Below, piece by piece: positions 1 to 9,411 of a stretch of DNA of 64,000 nucleotides (positions are counted from its first letter, which is position 1; every line of letters begins with the position of its first letter). Position numbers and translations under genes: made by a program. The notes below the pieces were generated by a model. It saw nothing but the letters and a program-made list of their open reading frames with translations. It was not told the origin of the DNA and did no database searches. Location of the stretch: the IMG/VR virus record IMGVR_UViG_3300048091_000424, one strand, 5' to 3'. Source of the stretch: a virus (taxonomy: Duplodnaviria > Heunggongvirae > Uroviricota > Caudoviricetes).

Positions 1-47
1 ACAAGACTGCGGAATGGGGTATTGACGACATTGGTCACAGCGTCGTC

Positions 48-557
48 ATGAAGCTTAATTATTTGCCGACTGTCCCGGTACCGAACAAGCGGTACATCAA
101 AGACACTCACAGCTTCGACGACCTGCTTTCTGCACCGCAGTCAATTCTTGGCCAAGTCGTCGAGGAACTCAAGGATGTGAGTGCTGAGGACTTCGCCCTC
201 GCCCACTTCTGTGCCTTCAAGCAAATTGAGAACCTGGGTTACCACCAACAAGATCTGAGCGGCTTTGATCCCAACCGCTTCGCGCTTAAAGTCATGCAGG
301 CTTATGAGGCATTCAGTACGCCGGTCGGCGTTTATGCCAACGTGGGCAAGCTTGAAATCGACGACATGGCCCGCGAGGGTGCCAAGGCCCTGGTGTCCTT
401 GCTGGTGCGTGAGCATGACTTTGATCACACCGTGTTCAAGAATCTACAATCGCGCAGTGTCGCGATCCTGGCCAGCGCCGGGCTCGACAAGTCCAGGTTA
501 CCGAAAATGAGCTACCAAGACCTTGGGCAGGTGTTCGGTGAAGATCTCGGGTTATGA
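48..557 (+). CDS. Hypothetical protein (169 aa), member of the C-terminal FxxDLGL-tail family
   Basis: ATG ORF from track; ends ...LGQVFGEDLGL-COOH; internal DFALAHFCAFKQ block resembles DFTLAHFTAMSK in the 16577..17983 product. Confidence 0.6.
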   Translation: MKLNYLPTVPVPNKRYIKDTHSFDDLLSAPQSILGQVVEELKDVSAEDFALAHFCAFKQIENLGYHQQDLSGFDPNRFALKVMQAYEAFSTPVGVYANVGKLEIDDMAREGAKALVSLLVREHDFDHTVFKNLQSRSVAILASAGLDKSRLPKMSYQDLGQVFGEDLGL

Positions 558-630
558 AATGTGACAATTAAGCATCTATGTTGCTTTGCGATGAATGCGC
601 CAGCTATGCTTGAGAAAAGAGGGGAATCCA

Positions 631-1482
631 ATGCCAATTAGTATCCGCGACGCTTTGAAAAACTGTGAAACCAGGGAAGCCAAGACTCCACTGTTCAGCC
701 TGGACAAGGTGAAGCCACTGGTGGTTCCAGTGACGCTGCTTGCCGTCGGCGCCGCGATCCCATTCGCGCCAGGCCTGGATTCCATGTTCCAGTCCATAGC
801 GGACGTCTCTCAACGGGTGGCTGAAAACACTACGCTGATTGCGCAAAAGCATACCTACCTCCTCTACGCCCTGGGCGGAATTTCCGGTACGGTTGGCCTC
901 ATGCTGTCTGGCGTTGGCTTACTTGAGCACCGCGATAGCCAGAAAGGCATAGAAAAAGCGAAGGGCAAAGAAATCATCGTCGCCACGCAAACCGCCTGGA
1001 CAAGCCTAACCCGCACCAACGATAACCTAGCTCTGCAGCTTGCGAACCGCAAGAACTGGCTGGCCAACACGCTGGGCGATAAGAGCGATCTGACCTCCGA
1101 CATCCTGGCGAATCATGGTCTTGATAAAAAGGATCATGCTGCAATGGCGGAACTTGGTCGTGCCTTCGTCTTTGGCACGCAATACGCCGTGGTCGGCGCC
1201 GATCTGCAAGGCATCAAGTTGGATGTCGACAGCTTGAGCAGCCACCCGAAGACGCAGAACGCCATTGCTGAAGGCATGCTCCAGTACTACAAGAGCAAAT
1301 CTGATGTACCAAACGCCTTGACCACCAGCTTGAAAAGCTTTGTTGGTTTAGAATCCAAGGACAACCATGTGGAACTCTTCCGGCTGGTCAGATCTGGACT
1401 GGAAGCTTTGCGTGACTTGCAGGTAGTGCACAAATCACAGGACAAAACTAGCGATCAGAGCGGCCCGAGCCACGGCATGTAG
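631..1482 (+). CDS. Hypothetical membrane-associated protein, paralogue of 1596..2477
   Basis: Track ORF 595..1482; internal ATG at 631 follows AGAGGGG Shine-Dalgarno; N-terminus IRDALKNCETREA matches IQSALRNVVSREA of next gene; hydrophobic segments; shared AFVFG/AYIFG and IAEGM/IIEGM blocks. Confidence 0.6.
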   Translation: MPISIRDALKNCETREAKTPLFSLDKVKPLVVPVTLLAVGAAIPFAPGLDSMFQSIADVSQRVAENTTLIAQKHTYLLYALGGISGTVGLMLSGVGLLEHRDSQKGIEKAKGKEIIVATQTAWTSLTRTNDNLALQLANRKNWLANTLGDKSDLTSDILANHGLDKKDHAAMAELGRAFVFGTQYAVVGADLQGIKLDVDSLSSHPKTQNAIAEGMLQYYKSKSDVPNALTTSLKSFVGLESKDNHVELFRLVRSGLEALRDLQVVHKSQDKTSDQSGPSHGM

Positions 1483-1595
1483 GGCTTAACCCCTCAAAAG
1501 AGAATCCCGATCTAGGTCGGGATTTTCTATTTCTGAACTGTATCTTTAGCCGAGTATTGCCAGCTAAGATAAAAGAAAAGAGAGAGGATCATCTT

Positions 1596-2477
1596 ATGAA
1601 TACCATCCAATCTGCCCTGCGCAACGTGGTTAGCCGTGAAGCAGAGCGCCTGAAGCAATTCGACTTCAGTAGCGAGAAGATGGATGACGCCATCCACCTC
1701 GTGATCCCCGGCATCTTGTGCGGCATTGCGCTGACCGCTTTAACCATTAAGGCGGGCGGCGTCACTGAGTTGCCGGCTTACACCGCCGCTCACCTGCAGA
1801 CCTGGAAAGATCAGGTCGTAAACTTCGCCATGCAAAACCAGACGGCGTTGACCGCTGCGGGTAGCGTGATCGCAGGTGGTGGTGCGGTCATGTTCCTGAA
1901 AGGTCTGAAGGAGGAAAACGATGAACTACGCGCTCGCTGGCGCCATGCGTTCAATCCGAAGGGCCACGGCGCCGCGTACATCAACGAGGTCGAACAGACC
2001 ACGGATAAGTTGTTGTCCACCCAGCAGAACGTAGTCCGAGAAGTAGCCAGACAAGAAAAATGGGCTGACTTCGCCCTAACGGATCTGAAAGTGACGAACT
2101 TGATGATCCTGCGCACCATGGGGTACGACGTCGCCGCTGATGACCAACTCGCCACCCTACAAGATGCTTACATCTTCGGCGTGAAAAAGGCCTGCGCGGA
2201 TGCCCTGGACACCAAGCGAGACATCATCAATGGCTTCGACCAGCCGAACTATCTGGTCGAGCGCTCCATCATCGAGGGTATGACGGAGTACTTCCGCGCC
2301 ACGGCGGTAAAAGAGCCTGGCCTGGCCGACAAGTTGAAGTTCGTGTTCTTCGGGGATGACGAGATTCTGAAGGATCGAACCAAGGCCTATCAGACGGCGC
2401 ATGCCGGCTACAAGGCGATCAAGAAGATCCGTACCATCACTCCGCAGGAAGCTTCAGCGGATGAGTTCAGCCTCTGA
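1596..2477 (+). CDS. Hypothetical membrane-associated protein, paralogue of 631..1482
   Basis: Track ORF 1557..2477; ATG at 1596 follows GAGAGAGGA; same architecture and conserved blocks as 631..1482. Confidence 0.6.
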   Translation: MNTIQSALRNVVSREAERLKQFDFSSEKMDDAIHLVIPGILCGIALTALTIKAGGVTELPAYTAAHLQTWKDQVVNFAMQNQTALTAAGSVIAGGGAVMFLKGLKEENDELRARWRHAFNPKGHGAAYINEVEQTTDKLLSTQQNVVREVARQEKWADFALTDLKVTNLMILRTMGYDVAADDQLATLQDAYIFGVKKACADALDTKRDIINGFDQPNYLVERSIIEGMTEYFRATAVKEPGLADKLKFVFFGDDEILKDRTKAYQTAHAGYKAIKKIRTITPQEASADEFSL

Positions 2478-2485
2478 CCAAAACG

Positions 2486-2510
2486 CCGCCCTCGCCTTGC
2501 GTGAGGGCGG
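2486..2510. terminator. GC-rich hairpin between convergent genes
   Basis: CCGCCCTC-N9-GAGGGCGG inverted repeat between stop of 1596..2477 (+) and stop of 2523..2798 (-); flanking A/T runs are weak. Confidence 0.5.
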
Positions 2511-2522
2511 TGTCCTTTAGGC

Positions 2523-2798
2523 TCAGGCCTCGATCTGAGCAATCTGATCGACGCAGTTTTCGACCACGCCAATGAACTCCATGACTGCCTCAATGTGCAG
2601 CGGGCTCGTGTCGGCCAACATCAGCACGATATCTTGCAGGTAAACGGCAACCCGATCATTCAGCCCACCCAGGGCGACCAAGTCTTCCTTCGGCAGCTTT
2701 TTCATCGAGAGCGTATTGAGCTTGGTGGCACCATCGTTCAGCTCAAGAATGAGCTTGGTGAGTTTTTCGCGAGCGATTGGGCTGAGATCTTCAGTCAT
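2523..2798 (-). CDS. Hypothetical protein (91 aa)
   Basis: ORF with protein-like composition; preferred over the overlapping + strand ORF 2595..2852. Confidence 0.5.
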   Translation of the reverse strand: MTEDLSPIAREKLTKLILELNDGATKLNTLSMKKLPKEDLVALGGLNDRVAVYLQDIVLMLADTSPLHIEAVMEFIGVVENCVDQIAQIEA

Positions 2799-2902
2799 GG
2801 AAAGGCCTTGGAGAGTTTATTGAACCACACCTCACAATATCTCCCTGCCTGACATCACTCAAGACAAATTTGTCTTCGTGATCCCATAACGATTTGCAAT
2901 AA

Positions 2903-3493
2903 TTGCCGCACTCATCTACGCGAGAGCTCATCGTGGTTGTTCTCAAAACGCTGCCTGCACTGATCCTACTCGCCTGCCTTCAGTTCTTCTCGCCTTCCCC
3001 GGCTGAGGCACAGACGCTCGACTGGAAAACCAACCTGTTGAACCAGGATCGCTGCCTTACGCTAACGCGGGTGAAGTCCAAAGAGACCCGGCGTTTTTGC
3101 TACTGGCGAAAAAACAGTGGCCTGGATCGCCAGGGCTACAGCATGGCCAACTGGATGCTCCGCGATGTGGACTACAACGCGGTTGTGTACATGGATCCCA
3201 CACTACTAGACACCTTGTTCATCATCCAACAGTGGTTGATCCTCGAAGGTCGCAATGGCGAAATTCATGTTCTTTCAGGTTACCGGACTCCGGAACACAA
3301 CAAACGCACGAAGGGGTCGGCGAAAAACTCGCAACACATGCGCGGAACGGCCACGGATCTGCACGTACCGGGCGTCTCTACAAAATTGCTTGCCGCGATG
3401 GGTCGGGTGATCGGCGCCGGTGGCGTGGGTATCTACATCAAAAACAATTTCGTCCATGTCGACACGGCAGGTGTTCGTGTCTGGGCCGGTTGA
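2903..3493 (+). CDS. Secreted peptidase M15A / DUF882 (YcbK/MepK-like) family protein
   Basis: N-terminal hydrophobic signal-like segment ending AEAQ; zinc-ligand pattern SQHMRGTATD ... FVHVD typical of M15 cell-wall peptidases; start uncertain (non-ATG in track; GTG near 2930 possible). Confidence 0.7.
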   Translation: MPHSSTRELIVVVLKTLPALILLACLQFFSPSPAEAQTLDWKTNLLNQDRCLTLTRVKSKETRRFCYWRKNSGLDRQGYSMANWMLRDVDYNAVVYMDPTLLDTLFIIQQWLILEGRNGEIHVLSGYRTPEHNKRTKGSAKNSQHMRGTATDLHVPGVSTKLLAAMGRVIGAGGVGIYIKNNFVHVDTAGVRVWAG

Positions 3494-3648
3494 ACACCCC
3501 TTTAATATATGAGCTTTCAACAATTTAATTGGGTGTAATACCCCATAGAAAGAGTCTAGCTTCCAAATACAGAACCGACGAATAACCTCAACTTTGTTCT
3601 CTAAGTAGTTGATTTGACTCTTTCTTATTGCAAGAATGCGGGAAATCT

Positions 3649-4164
3649 ATGCGCCATTTGTTTGCTGGACGGCCTCTATTAGTTGACCTGATCATGGTGA
3701 CTTACGGTTTCTACCTGGAGTATCTGTGTTTGATGGCCTTGCCTTCATACCTGATCTATCTCTGTCTTTACCAGATGCCATCCGAGGCCAAGCTCACTCA
3801 TTTCCTTGCTGAGAACAAGCTACGTTATTGCGATCAGGCGCAGCGGACTTACCCTTGGCGCATGGCCCTGTACAAAATCACACCTAAGACCTCCGGCACC
3901 GACTTGACGTTCCACTATGCATTGGAACTGAATGCAGGGCCCTGGTTTTGGCCGCGCTGGCGCAAAATCTTCGTCGCCAAGGCGGACACTGCCAATCACT
4001 TTCTAAAGAGTGTCCCCTCTTCACTGCGACCCCATATGCTGCCAGCCCAAAGAATTCCGAACCACGTGTACGTCGATGGCGTTCGCCAAAGTCTGCATAT
4101 GGGTGCATTCACCATTGGCCTAGTGCTGTTGTTGAACGTCAGCATTCTCTGGCTTTATTTCTGA
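3649..4164 (+). CDS. Hypothetical membrane protein
   Basis: Track ORF 3628..4164, first ATG at 3649; hydrophobic N- and C-terminal segments; no recognisable domain. Confidence 0.35.
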   Translation: MRHLFAGRPLLVDLIMVTYGFYLEYLCLMALPSYLIYLCLYQMPSEAKLTHFLAENKLRYCDQAQRTYPWRMALYKITPKTSGTDLTFHYALELNAGPWFWPRWRKIFVAKADTANHFLKSVPSSLRPHMLPAQRIPNHVYVDGVRQSLHMGAFTIGLVLLLNVSILWLYF

Positions 4165-4232
4165 GTCATCGGTCACGTAAAATTGACTGCTGGCTCGACC
4201 GCCTTTTTCAGACAAAATGACCTGAGGTTTTA

Positions 4233-4799
4233 ATGAGCATCAAACCAGACAAGTGGATCCGCCGCATGGCGCAGGAACACGGCATGATCGAGCCTTTCGT
4301 TGAGCGCCAGGTACGCGGCAGCGAAGATAGCCGCTTGATCTCCTACGGCGTGTCGAGCTACGGCTACGATGTACGCTGCACCACTCACTTCAAGGTGTTT
4401 ACCAACATCAATTCAGCAGTCGTCGATCCCAAGGCCTTCGATGAAGGCAGCTTCGTCGACGTTCACAGCGACGTGTGCATCATTCCACCGAACTCCTTCG
4501 CCTTGGCCAGCACCGTCGAATATTTCCGCATTCCGCGCAATGTGCTGACCGTATGCCTGGGCAAGAGCACCTACGCCCGCTGCGGCATTATCGTCAACGT
4601 GACGCCGCTTGAGCCCGAATGGGAAGGCCATGTGACTCTGGAGTTCTCCAACACGACCACGCTGCCGGCGAAGATCTACGCCAACGAGGGCGTGGCTCAG
4701 ATGCTGTTCTTCGAATCCGACGAAGACTGTGAAGTGTCGTACAAGGATCGTGGCGGTAAGTACCAGGGCCAACGTGGCGTCACCCTACCTCGCACCTGA
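4233..4799 (+). CDS. dcd: dCTP deaminase
   Basis: Full-length match by recollection to gammaproteobacterial (Pseudomonas-type) Dcd: [22 protein letters not shown]..., [31 protein letters not shown]..., 188 aa. Confidence 0.95.
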   Translation: MSIKPDKWIRRMAQEHGMIEPFVERQVRGSEDSRLISYGVSSYGYDVRCTTHFKVFTNINSAVVDPKAFDEGSFVDVHSDVCIIPPNSFALASTVEYFRIPRNVLTVCLGKSTYARCGIIVNVTPLEPEWEGHVTLEFSNTTTLPAKIYANEGVAQMLFFESDEDCEVSYKDRGGKYQGQRGVTLPRT

Positions 4800-4811
4800 T
4801 ATGCACCCATG

Positions 4812-4840
4812 AAAAAGGACGAGCTTGCTCGTCCTTTTTG
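4812..4840 (+). terminator. Rho-independent terminator after dcd
   Basis: AGGACGAGC/GCTCGTCCT stem followed by TTTTT. Confidence 0.85.
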
Positions 4841-5132
4841 CTGCCTGCTACTCCACGGTCAAAGATTGTCGCTAAGCCATGGTGTAACTGATTTGTTTGG
4901 CTAGCCGCTGCCTAGCCTGCCACTACTTGCCTGTTATCGGCTGACCATGACGGGTGCCTCGCGGGCCTCTTCTGGTTTTTAAGAGCGAGGAAGCTTTTGC
5001 ACACTCTTGAATGCCAGAATTTCATATTTTACGAGCGTGAGGCATTCACACGCTCGTGGTCATTCTAGCTCCCTCCGATTTTCACCGTCAATTTATGCAC
5101 ATTAAATACTTTATGAATTTGCGAATGTTGAC

Positions 5133-5161
5133 TTGCATGTAAGCCTCCAGAGGCTTACAAT
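5133..5161 (+). promoter_or_regulatory. Sigma70-like promoter TTGCAT-N17-TACAAT whose spacer is a palindrome GTAAGCCT-CCAG-AGGCTTAC
   Basis: Hexamers and 17-nt spacing read directly; 8-bp inverted repeat 5139..5158 overlaps the -10; 66 nt upstream of the nuclease ATG. Confidence 0.45.
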
Positions 5162-5226
5162 TCATTCCATAGGGAGGCGGTTAAACGCTGTCCCAGATGG
5201 CTCAATTCGACAATTAATAGGAAAAA

Positions 5227-6120
5227 ATGATGAAACTACGGACACTTACAAGCAGCGTCGCGGTGGTATTGGCTATGGCCTGTTCTTCTGGCGAAGCCAG
5301 GAGCCTCATGGACTTGATCCCGTCCCCGTACCAGCAGGGTTCCCGCAGCGAACAGCATGAGTCGCGTCAAAGTTCGTTGAGCCAAAGCGAGGCGCTGTCG
5401 CTGTACTCCACCCGCCAGCAACAAAACTCGTTTGACGACTGCGCTGACAAGTTTCCGCAAAACCGTCCGATCTCGATGGCCAGTGTGTCGCCCAAGATGA
5501 AGCCGATGGCACTGTGCTCTGACAACTTCGCCGTCCTCTACTCGCAAACCAGCAAAACCCCGATGGTGGTGGTTGAGCGCCTGAACTCCGCCCTGCTGCG
5601 CGACGCCAAAGGCGAAGAACGCACCAACGCCTTCTACCCGGATCCGCGCATTCCTAAAGGCGCCCGTGCCGAGCTCTCGGATTACCGTGGATCGAACCTT
5701 GACCGTGGTCACCAGTCGCCAGCAGCGGATGCCCCGGATCAAAAGGCCATGGCGCAGTCGTTCGCCCTGTCGAACATGATCCCGCAAGACCCGAACAACA
5801 ACCGTAAAATCTGGAGCAAGGTTGAGAAGGACGTGCGCAAGTACGCCCAGCGCGTTGACGGTAACGTCTTCGTGTTCACCGGCCCGCTGTATGACCAAGG
5901 TTTCCAGACCATCGGTGAGAACAAGGTGTGGGTGCCTACCCGCCTGTTCAAGCTGGTCTACGACGAAAAGACACAACGTGCCTGGGCCTATGTACTGAGC
6001 AACGGTAACACGCCGATTCAGAAACCGATGGATTATGACAGCTTCGTCAAACTCACGGGCCTGCAGTTGCTGGGCAACCTGCCGGTCTCTGGCAGTGTAG
6101 GCCGCGTGACCTCGATCTAA
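5227..6120 (+). CDS. Secreted DNA/RNA non-specific endonuclease (NucA/EndoG-type)
   Basis: Signal/lipobox-like N-terminus (VVLAMACSSG); catalytic NLDRGHQSP motif and downstream SNMIPQDPNNN. Confidence 0.9.
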   Translation: MMKLRTLTSSVAVVLAMACSSGEARSLMDLIPSPYQQGSRSEQHESRQSSLSQSEALSLYSTRQQQNSFDDCADKFPQNRPISMASVSPKMKPMALCSDNFAVLYSQTSKTPMVVVERLNSALLRDAKGEERTNAFYPDPRIPKGARAELSDYRGSNLDRGHQSPAADAPDQKAMAQSFALSNMIPQDPNNNRKIWSKVEKDVRKYAQRVDGNVFVFTGPLYDQGFQTIGENKVWVPTRLFKLVYDEKTQRAWAYVLSNGNTPIQKPMDYDSFVKLTGLQLLGNLPVSGSVGRVTSI

Positions 6121-6236
6121 ATCGAGTCGGCTGAATATGGGTGGCCTCAGGGCCGCCCATTTTTGTTCACGTCCTTCGGATCTTCCAGGATGGCGCTACG
6201 CTTGAACCACAGACAATTTTGTTCAGGAAATACAGC

Positions 6237-6449
6237 ATGACCATGACATTGGTACAATTCGAGACCATCGTAACGGTGTTAGGCGGAACGCTTGATTGTC
6301 CATCCAATCTTGCTGCACGACGGGTCTTGGTAGATGGAGTGACCCAAGCTGACGCCATGCGTGAATGTGGCATCAAACGAGGCACGGTGAACAAGGCCGT
6401 ACGCCGCTATGAGAAAGTTCATGCAAGCCTTCTTGCCGCATACTGCTAA
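6237..6449 (+). CDS. Small helix-turn-helix protein (KorA/TrfB-like repressor?)
   Basis: Track ORF 6141..6449; ATG at 6237 after AGGAAA; segment VTQADAMRECGIKRGTVNKAVRRY looks like an HTH. Confidence 0.45.
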   Translation: MTMTLVQFETIVTVLGGTLDCPSNLAARRVLVDGVTQADAMRECGIKRGTVNKAVRRYEKVHASLLAAYC

Positions 6450-6597
6450 AACCCCAGAGAAGCCGGCAAGCGGGCCTCCTCAGCCACTCTCAGCGGCGCT
6501 GCGCAACAAATCCAAGCAGACTACCAAAAGAGCGACGAAGTCGCCTCAGAGCCACTACAAGGCGCTGATTGATTTCCAAAACTAACATTCAGACAAC

Positions 6598-6624
6598 AAA
6601 AAGCCGCTCCGTAGAGCGGCTTTG
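6598..6624. terminator. Bidirectional hairpin terminator
   Basis: AAAAA-GCCGCTC-CGTA-GAGCGGC-TTT between convergent genes. Confidence 0.7.
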
Positions 6625-6645
6625 GCAGTCCAGTTACCACCGGCG

Positions 6646-7413
6646 CTAATCGTGTTCGCCCTTAGTGTCACTGCCGTCAACGAACAACTGATACCGCTGA
6701 ATGATGGTGATGTTCAACGGCAGGCCCTTGGCCAGGCTTTCATCAAAATGACTCAGGGTGGATGGCGTGTACAGACCCTTGGTCTTTTCGAGGTACAGCG
6801 CCAGTTCTGCCCCGCTAATGTCTTTGACCAAGATCATGTTGATCAGTCGGTTAAATTCAAACACCTGCAGGGACAACAATCCGCTGACCACGACCACCCA
6901 GACCAACAGCATTACCGGAGCCGCCAATAGCACCGAAATCATCAAGAGGAACTGAATCAGCACGAACTTCGCAATGAAGAACAGGAACAAGCTGACTGAC
7001 ATTTTCTGCACATTCTTTTCGTCAAAGCCTTCCTTGTACAGCTTCACCAACTCCTGCCCCTGGAAGAGTGTGTAGATCAGCATCCCGAGGAAAGCAGGAA
7101 TCATCAATACCAGAATATTGGTCAGTTCAGTCCACGCCATCGAGCAGAACAACACCACCGCCGTGAGGCCCATCAACCCCACCAAACCTTTGCCAATCAG
7201 GTCGACATCGATCAGGCGCACCCGAGTCTCATTGATCGAGCGGCCAATAAGATCACTCAACACATGCTGAAAGTAGTCGATGTTCTTGTCGCGCACGCTC
7301 TGCAGCTGCGTGGCGGTCAGTGGCTGATTGTGTGGCATGAAGTGGTTGAAGCGGTTGCTCAGAATGAGGTCGAGCAGATAACCAACGAATAGCCGGTACA
7401 GAGATATCAGCAT
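6646..7413 (-). CDS. Multi-pass membrane protein
   Basis: 255-aa ORF with several long hydrophobic segments. Confidence 0.6.
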   Translation of the reverse strand: MLISLYRLFVGYLLDLILSNRFNHFMPHNQPLTATQLQSVRDKNIDYFQHVLSDLIGRSINETRVRLIDVDLIGKGLVGLMGLTAVVLFCSMAWTELTNILVLMIPAFLGMLIYTLFQGQELVKLYKEGFDEKNVQKMSVSLFLFFIAKFVLIQFLLMISVLLAAPVMLLVWVVVVSGLLSLQVFEFNRLINMILVKDISGAELALYLEKTKGLYTPSTLSHFDESLAKGLPLNITIIQRYQLFVDGSDTKGEHD

Positions 7414-7476
7414 GCTCTTGCTTTCCGTTTCGGGGGCGAATATGAATATCTTATCATGTGAAGATCGAAGGTATCT

Positions 7477-8361
7477 TCAAGATTCCAGTGAAAGTTCACC
7501 GATAAATTCGCGCCAGGCCACCTTGCCCACGGCATCGAATAACCTCAAGGCGTGACAGGCGTAGAGACCTGATGTTGAGAACGCATTAAGCTCAACGACC
7601 TTTGGCTCGCCGGCGAACAGGCCAACATCACAGGTGTACGCCAGGTCAACCTGCCACGGTAGTGCCGCGACCTGCTGTGCGACCTCAAGACACAGCTTAC
7701 TCACCACCGGATCAATACTGCGCTGCCCATTTACATGGTAGCGACTGCCGGTGACCACCTTCCCTTCGACAATGAAGAACCGGTATTCAGCGCGAATGCT
7801 TTGGGCTGGCGCAATCAATACACGGGTATCGTCTGTGACCGAGGTCAGTTGGCGAAGACTGTTGATCTCAACCCCTGCGGTTTCCTGTTCCAGGCATAGC
7901 CCGGTGAACGTCTTTCCTCCTGAGTCAGGTCGGACAAACAGGCGGCTGTCGCCGAAGAGTCGATATATCTGATCACGCCTGCGCACGAAATCACCGAACG
8001 GCAGGTACACCCCTTCTGCATTGCCCAGGAGCTCCAAGGGTAAGCGAGGCATGTAGTGGGAGCACGCCAGGCGATCCTTGGTGTAGTAGGCGCCGGGAAT
8101 GGCGTTTGAGTTACGCAGGCGCTGTTCAACGAACCCAATGCTGCCGTAGAGCACGATGCATTCATCGGCGCTGTAAGCTCGTAGGGGCTCTCTGTACGTA
8201 TCACGGCAGTACTCGGTCACCTCAACGGTGTAACCTAGCCTGCGCAGCGCCATGGGTAGCCTGACGTGGGGTGTGTCGGCGAGCATCCCCTGATCTATGA
8301 CAAAGGTGACCGAGCCACGGCCACGATTCGCCAAGGGTTGCGGCGGGATCACGGGGCGCAT
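7477..8361 (-). CDS. ATP-grasp domain protein (R2K-type/DUF4343-like)
   Basis: LFVRPDSGGKTFTG ... AEYRFFIVEGKVVTGSRY ... VVELNAFSTSGLY pattern typical of small ATP-grasp enzymes. Confidence 0.55.
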   Translation of the reverse strand: MRPVIPPQPLANRGRGSVTFVIDQGMLADTPHVRLPMALRRLGYTVEVTEYCRDTYREPLRAYSADECIVLYGSIGFVEQRLRNSNAIPGAYYTKDRLACSHYMPRLPLELLGNAEGVYLPFGDFVRRRDQIYRLFGDSRLFVRPDSGGKTFTGLCLEQETAGVEINSLRQLTSVTDDTRVLIAPAQSIRAEYRFFIVEGKVVTGSRYHVNGQRSIDPVVSKLCLEVAQQVAALPWQVDLAYTCDVGLFAGEPKVVELNAFSTSGLYACHALRLFDAVGKVAWREFIGELSLES

Positions 8362-8528
8362 TTTACAGCGTCCCGAGACACCCTATTCATTTCCGGCGTG
8401 GCAAACATCAGGCTGCCGACGAACACGACAGCCATTTCCTGACCCACACTGCAACCACCGGTGGCCGGCGTGCTACAGCCTGTGCAAGTCGCCAGAAACA
8501 GGCAACCCAAGAGAAAATGGCGCATCAT
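8349..8528 (-). CDS. Small putative lipoprotein (59 aa; below ORF-track cutoff)
   Basis: My translation: MMRHFLLGCLFLATCTGCSTPATGGCSVGQEM...; lipobox-like LATC; starts 6 nt after the stop of 8535..9278 and overlaps the ATP-grasp start by 13 nt. Confidence 0.45.
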   Translation of the reverse strand: MMRHFLLGCLFLATCTGCSTPATGGCSVGQEMAVVFVGSLMFATPEMNRVSRDAVKCAP

Positions 8529-8534
8529 GCCCCC

Positions 8535-9278
8535 TTAAATCAGCTTCAACCCAGCGGTTAGATGACTGATATTGTCCAGAAACTCGGGGCCGACCGCCAG
8601 CATTTTCACACCGTCCAGTTCAACCAGCGAGGTCGTCGAGCCCATGGCATCAAACTGACCCTGCAGGTCTAGCAATACCTCGTCCGTGGCCACACTCAAA
8701 GAAATCTTGGTGTACCCGTTTTTGATCCAGGAATCAAAAGCGATGTTGGTGTGGCTGGAGATCAGGAACTGCTTGAAGTCCGACTGCGTGTCCGGCTCCA
8801 GCATTTTTGCCATCTGACTCAGGCAACCGATGGCAGCCAGGGCGCAGACGGTTTCCTTCTTCATCGTTCTCGAACGGCTGAAAATGAAGTACTGCCGAGC
8901 TCTGCGTTCAGAGCCTTGTTCTGCGCAGTCGTATGGGGCGTCTTCCCATTTTTCGGAGAAGATCCCGTTGGCCGCGCAGGTGACGGTCTTAACGCCTTTG
9001 AATTCGGTCGCGCCGTTGTCAATGACCTTCTGACCGTCGTCGGCTTGGCCCATAAACGTCTGAACAGCAGCCTCCTCGACAACAAAGCCGAAGTCGACGT
9101 CTGGTGCAGCCAGGAAATTTGTGAGGGTGTTCATCTTCGCGTTGGACAAGCGCAGACCGTCTTTGCTCGGTCTCATGTGGCTGGCTAGCACTTTCATCGC
9201 GGCGTGGCCTGATTGGGAGGCCATCTTTCCCATGCGCATATTCAGATCGCTGCGCATTACGATCCTAAGCTTTCTCAT
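8535..9278 (-). CDS. PTH2-family peptidyl-tRNA hydrolase-like protein with large internal insertion
   Basis: N-terminus KLRIVMRSDLNMRMGKMASQSGHAAMKV resembles PTH2 (..[21 protein letters not shown]..); C-terminus WIKNGYTKISL...LAVGPEFLDNISHLTAGLKLI resembles the PTH2 C-terminal half; 247 aa versus about 115 aa for the domain. Confidence 0.6.
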   Translation of the reverse strand: MRKLRIVMRSDLNMRMGKMASQSGHAAMKVLASHMRPSKDGLRLSNAKMNTLTNFLAAPDVDFGFVVEEAAVQTFMGQADDGQKVIDNGATEFKGVKTVTCAANGIFSEKWEDAPYDCAEQGSERRARQYFIFSRSRTMKKETVCALAAIGCLSQMAKMLEPDTQSDFKQFLISSHTNIAFDSWIKNGYTKISLSVATDEVLLDLQGQFDAMGSTTSLVELDGVKMLAVGPEFLDNISHLTAGLKLI

Positions 9279-9411
9279 TTTTTCCGTATCAGGTGAAGTG
9301 CATCGCCGGTCATTCCGAGCGACTTAAGGCTGGCAATTTATCATCAATATTATATAACTGCAAGCGTTGCCTGCAGTTTCTCCAGGTTTTGTTGTGGGTA
9401 ATCACCTGACT

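Noticed and set aside
3614-3626. Identical 13-mer TTGACTCTTTCTT at 3614 and 44854, as a possible shared promoter element
   Set aside because: By simple arithmetic, dozens of exact 13-mer coincidences are expected between two strands of 64 kb. Only the 44854 copy has a proper -10 (TAATAT) at 17 nt.
6409-6585. 58-aa basic ORF (MRKFMQAFLPHTAKTPEKPASGPP...HYKALIDFQN) overlapping the 3' end of the HTH gene out of frame
   Set aside because: There is no RBS, it is below the size cutoff, and the composition is low-complexity. It is kept only as a note inside the nuclease/HTH finding.
8297-8569. Track ORF 8297..8569(+), 90 aa, in the gap between the ATP-grasp and PTH2 genes
   Set aside because: It is opposite in orientation to the surrounding operon. 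The minus strand here encodes a better candidate, the 59-aa lipoprotein-like ORF, tightly coupled to both neighbours.
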